Source: Bugula neritina
Lineage: Eukaryota; Animalia; Bryozoa
Direction of reading: 5' to 3'
DNA: 64,000 bases
NCBI GenBank assembly: GCA_964035545.1
Contig: OZ037768.1
Span: 23,159,319-23,223,318 of the forward strand
The position numbers were made by a program, and so were the translations under genes. A model generated the notes under the pieces. It saw nothing but the letters and a program-made list of their open reading frames with translations, made no database searches and was not told where the DNA came from. Shown piece by piece: positions 58,465 to 64,000 of this stretch (position 1 is the first letter of the stretch; every line of letters begins with the position of its first letter).

Positions 58465-61050
58465 AGAAAAAAACAAAGCTTGAGCAAGATTATTAGTTTT
58501 TGCACCAGAAATAAAAAAGCAAATAAGATTTAGGTTTTATAATCAGTGATCTATAGGCTTTGCAGAACAAAATATTCTCTCAAGTGAGTTTTCTTGTGTT
58601 TCCAGTTATTTAGCAAATTACTATAACACGTCAAGCTTTCTAAACATTGTTTTTAGAAGTTGCAACAACCATGTAAAAATTTCACTTAATGTTTCAGATT
58701 GATTTACAAAAATGCTATTGATCCAAAAGCTCAGTCTATGATCATTATTTACGCTTACTGTTGCATCCTTGTAGTCGGCAAGGAGTTGTCATCTCTTGTT
58801 CAATTAGAAACTATATGTTGTTAAAACTATAGTATGCATGAAGTCACATGTACATAAAGCTATAAATTAGTAATCTATATGAATACTTGTTGCTGCTATA
58901 ATATGATGGAATATGTTATATTCTGTAGTAAAAAATATTATTTTGTATAACAAGGTGTTCTGTTTGTACTATTAAGTATGCTGGGTCTAAAGTTCAAAGT
59001 TCAAGATCTAAATATGATAATTTATTGAATATATAATTCATTACCTGTTCACACACACACACATCTGCCAGTTGGCATATTTTAGCTCCCTTGTCACGTT
59101 TTACTAGCAAATTATCTTTCTCACTTTGTCCTAACTGGCAAGTGTTTGGGCAAAACCTGACTAGCATTTAGCAGGTAGAAGTTGAAGCTGCTTTTTTGTA
59201 ATAAAAGTTCATATTTAATTGTGTTAAAAGCAAGGCAAAATTTCAGCAAGAATAATTAAATTCTTCTAATAATAGAAAGAAATTTATTCTAATAATAGAA
59301 GGAAATATATTCTAATAATAGAAGGCAATATATTCTAATAATAAAAGGAAATATATTATTCTAATAACAGAGGCTCTCCATTTATTGAAATTCAAAATAA
59401 AACTTCAGGGTAGCTAGAAAGAGACACACAAGATGGCCGCCAATATGAAGTAGGAACAGCAGACTTACAGGAAGAACACAGGAAATTCCCTTTCAATGTT
59501 ACATACCAAAACATTTTGCTACTCAAATCATAAACGGAGTTTAAACATAGTTTAGCTTGTGATCTTTCTTTGCTGTAAAACGTATCTCTATAAATCAATG
59601 AAGAACTGCTCGAATTTATTCTGTTATCTTTTGACTTGATCTAAATTTGCACACGTCTTGCAAAGACAGATGCGTTATGGGTACAGGAGCACTGTGTTGC
59701 TTAGCTACCAGGAATGTATGACCTAACCTTCCCGCATGACCTTCAAGGATCGGGCTCATTATTCACGCCCACGCGAGGTGAAGATCAATTTGTATATACG
59801 ACTAGGACATTGTTGACATTCCCCTATGCAATACTCAGAGGTCCTGGTGCGTGGGTTACTATACCCATTATAAACGCCACAAACTATGTTATAGCCAAAC
59901 TATAAGAATCTTCAAAAACCTGCCAAACTACAGAGTGTTGTATACATAGTGAGCAGCTAACCAGCTCTGCTCTCTCATATGTTACTCATTTTATATCTTG
60001 TAAGTTATCTGCCCACGTGCTGTTGGTGCGCCGACAAATAATTGTGTTGTCATTACACTAGTATGAGTTTTAACAACATTTTATCCTCTTTGGAGTTCTC
60101 TCCCATGTATTTTGAGTGAATGCATTACTACATTGGTTAAAGGAAATATCGGTTGTCTTTATACAATAGCTAGTCTATGAATTGGGCATTCATCCATCTA
60201 CATTTTCAAAATATTGAGTTTCCGCACTGCTTGGTTACAGTGTTCCTCCACTGCATTATGGGAAGCAGTTTATAGCTGTCATGCTGGCACAGGTGCTCTA
60301 AGAGAGGTATGTGCGTGGGGATGGAGGCGGTGTAGGTAGGAAGGGCATACCCACTTTGCTGTACACACAGGAATATTATAATATATCATATACCTTTTTA
60401 ATATGCACGTAGGCTAAGTGTGTGGGGTTATAATTATTTAGCAACCTAAACATGTCAACTAGTTGGTTATAGAGAATGGAACACTATGCTTATTATATAA
60501 TAATTTGGTACATCGACGTGAGCTTATATTTCTTTTAGATTTTTATTTTGCTTGTAGAAGTTACCATAAATAAGTATGATGCCATGAGTAGCGATTAACC
60601 GACTTTTTTTTAAATAAATTAAACATAATATCTACTGTAGGTACTAGCGTTCTCAGCCCATAACTGTCGTCACTCATTATTAATGGTAGTCAAGGAATGC
60701 ATTAAGCTGAAGTCTAATGGAGTTATTTCTATCAAGGGTTGAGATTAAAGGGGGAAAAACACATTTTATAATCCTATTAGCATCAAGTTGGCAATGGAAA
60801 CAATGAGTAAGCCGTTTCAATGTGCTTAAAACTCGGTCATGCTTCAAGCTTACCCAACCTTATCGTGCAATACGTGACCAAGAAACAAAACGAAAATCCC
60901 TTATATATTTTGCTTGGCTAACTTAATACAAATAATGGTAATCATATGATAAATATATCTGAGCCAATTGCATTTCTAAGTTGTAAGCATAAATAATGCA
61001 TAATTTGCTTTGAATTATTCTAGTATGTATAAGGACACTTCTCCCTACTA

Positions 61051-61185
61051 TCTCTCCCTCCCTCTCTTTCTCTCTCTCCCTGCCCTCCCTCCCTCTTTCC
61101 TTTCCTCCTCCCCCCTCTCTCTCTCCCCCCTCTCTCTCCCCCTCTCTCTTCCCCTCTCTCTCTCCCCCCCCTCTCTCTCTCTCCC
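61051..61185. repeat. Polypyrimidine (CT-rich) tract, ~135 bp
   Basis: Almost exclusively C/T. Confidence 0.95.
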
Positions 61186-63125
61186 ACAAACTGACTTAAT
61201 AAGACTTTTGTAATGTTATAACATATAAGTTGGAGAGTCACACAAATAACACAAATTATCACCAACACTGACTGTTACTGTCTAAGTTAGTAGGTTATTT
61301 TATACATGTTGCTATGTAGTCTATTTAAATTTTAAATTTAAATGCCCTTGAAAAGGCTACATGAGTTCCTATAGAACTTTTGAAGTTATTGGAGTATGAA
61401 AACTGCTCTGCAAGAATTGGTAAATGCTGAGTATGTTTTCACATCTATAACGATCAATCAATTTTAACGACTCATAAATCAACTATTAAGTCGGTTAACA
61501 TTTACACAAAAAACAGGTTCTCTAGCCAACTTTAGTATGTTTGACTTGAGAGTGTGCTGTAGAGTGCAACTACATTAAACAGCTATCACACCCTGCCAGA
61601 TTTCCCTGGTTTAACACAAGAATTATAGAGTAACAATCAGAGTAAAATTAGTATGTTGATCACAGCATGCACATCCTTATTCTTCTAATCCTAACGAAAT
61701 GGTTAGGAGAAAGATCAACTTGTTGTTCTAACATGCAATGAAATATTCAGATAATCAAGTTATGATCAACAGCTTAAATATGACTCATAGAATTTATACT
61801 TTAGACCAAAATAAAGCTAAAAAGCAGCAAAGGCCTATAAAGAAGTCAAATTTCACAAGCTCTTAACATTTCTTAACATTTTCCTTTTCTTTTAAAGTTG
61901 AAATGTTAGAACTTGTTTTAATGTTTTAGAGACAAAATCACATGTATATTTTTGAAGGATTTATCTTGATCAACTCACGTGGGCTTGCACATATTCATTG
62001 TTGGCAAGCTATTGTAGTTTTCCAATGCCAACTATAGTAATAAAGACAAATTATTGTTACTATTATTATATCTTATTGTTTCGTCATTGTGTATGTAGGT
62101 GTACCGCTAGGTGTATGACATATAACAAAGGTGAACTCGTAATCAGACCGAAGTAACTGCTCTATTTATTTGAATAATAGCGTATCTAACTGAAAGCGAT
62201 TTGTTCATTCAAACAGACAGCTTTGTTTATTTTGAGTAATTTATCCAGACGTTTGCAGCTTTAAAAAAGCTGAGCGCATATGGAGTATAATGTAAATGCA
62301 ACTGTAGCATAATAATACTAATAGAGTGCTGAAACATATATAAAGTTTTAATTGTTCAATTAGTATTATGTAGATATATTTTGACAATTATATATGTAAG
62401 ATTTGCTTGAATAAAACTTTATCTAATGAAAATTGTAGACGGACTTTTGTGTTCCTTTTTGATAGGTTATTAGATGAAAACAGAGCTTCCAGGTTGATTA
62501 ATAAAGTAATCCATCAGAATTAATGCTTGGAGTTTAGCAGAATGTATTATAGCTTTACCTAAGCAATATAAAGGATGTATCTTTGTACTAATCTACAATA
62601 GTGTCCCTAACCCTTCTTAAAGACACACATTTTTTTTTCAAAAAAAAGTATATCAGGGAAAAATTATTTATTTTTTAGCAATACTTTTTGTGTAAATGCT
62701 GCTTTTTGCTTTAAGATGCATTACTCTGAACAAATTTCTTTGAACAAATTTCTCCTTATTATATCATATTATATTATAATATATCATATCATATAATATC
62801 ATATTATATTATATTATATCATATCACACTGCATACCATATTATACTATAATTATTATATCATACCATATCATAGATAATAACTATTAATAATTCCAGTC
62901 TAGCCAGCATAGTTAATGTATAACTAAATACCTTGACAACTTAACCTAGATTTAATCTGAGATAAAATTTATATCTACTTTTGAAAAAACGTTTAAAGAA
63001 CTTTTGATACCTAAAGTACATTATTTTGGCTTTTGAAAAGTTGATACTTGCTAATTCTAACTAGAATATGTTGGCTTCCTTTGAAGCTATTGAAAAGTAT
63101 TTTCACATTCATTAGCTTGTAGTGA

Positions 63126-63336
63126 GGGAGCAGCCGTGATCTAGCGGTTAAAACATTTGCCTATAGTAAGCACGAAATCATGGGTTCGAGCCCCAGTAAA
63201 GGCCATTGGTGATGTTAGGAAGAGCATCCAGTCATAATATCTCCTGTGCCTCATCTGAATAAGTCCTTAGCCCACTTATAAAAAACCTTTTCATTAGGTA
63301 TTTCTCACAGGGGTGGTGGCTATAAACTTATGCGAG
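63126..63336 (+). mobile_element. tRNA-derived SINE, copy 3
   Basis: A box tgatctagcgg, B box gggttcgagccc; 12 bp TSD attagcttgtag (63111-63122 / 63344-63355). Confidence 0.9.
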
Positions 63337-64000
63337 TATTTTTATTAGCTTGTAGCTTGTAGCTTACCTAAGGATCTGACTACATTGAGAAACGAATTCG
63401 GTCATAAAACAGACAGACAGATTGTTGTGTTGACATTTTGAGAACATGCTGGTAAAAGTTTGTATATGCAATAAAATTCTAGAAATGTTGCTGTGGCACC
63501 TGTTAGATTGTGTGTTGTAAAACAATGTAACACGTAACTATGTACTGTATGAACTGCTCAGTTTATCAAAATACCATAGTTTTGAAAACCGACTTTTCAA
63601 ATGTTTTTAAAATTACAAGTTATCTAGCATTCAACACATGACTGGTTTTTAAAGATAATGGCGACCGAGTTATTTTATAGCAGCGTCTAGATTTATGTGA
63701 ACGGCCTTTTGCTAAAATGAATGTGGATTTAAGCTTTGCATGCGTGGCTTCTTATAGAAGACATAGTATGAGGCATAAAACGTCAGTGAGCGTGTTTTGA
63801 ACATTGCAAATGCTATTATTATATTATTATTAACTTCTTATTACAGAAGACATGTTTCCTCTCTTATAATCTATAATTTTATTTTCCTATATGCCAAGAA
63901 TATTAAGTAGATTTCAATGTCAGTAATACTATAAAACAGTGCTAGATGGGGAGAGACCTTTAAGATAGGCTCTACTAAATTTTTTAGCACTAAAAGCACT

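Noticed and set aside
59392-59905. Short ORFs in the distal region
   Set aside because: No motifs or splice-consistent chain; treated as intergenic or long-intron sequence.
63126-63200. tRNA gene
   Set aside because: A and B boxes are present but there is no acceptor stem or terminator; the sequence continues into a body shared by three dispersed copies, so it is a SINE head.

Overview
AT-rich, gene-dense eukaryotic (invertebrate metazoan) DNA with spliceosomal GT-AG introns. It is not prokaryotic, and I see no CRISPR array, rRNA or genuine tRNA. Exon models assembled by hand support eight genes. Five are clearly recognisable: OXNAD1 (+), an intronless HPRT1 (+), RMDN1 (-), an OTUD7/Cezanne-type deubiquitinase with four C-terminal Cys4 zinc fingers (+) and TEKT3 (-). 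The others are a short LPCAT1/2-like acyltransferase (-), a TMEM70/186/223-family gene (-) and two orphan-like + strand genes (counted here as one block), one with a divergent HMG-box-like segment. Mobile elements: a 1.3 kb foldback/MULE-like element with a 9 bp TSD, a Harbinger-like MITE, other TIR remnants and three copies of a tRNA-derived SINE. The most striking unexplained pattern is that many introns carry their own private minisatellite at or near a splice junction, and several arrays copy the splice site itself. One array, just after the OTUD7 catalytic exon, matches the U1 snRNA 5' end and is antisense to several 5' splice-site classes. All exon coordinates were read manually and may be off by a few nt; no database searches were run.
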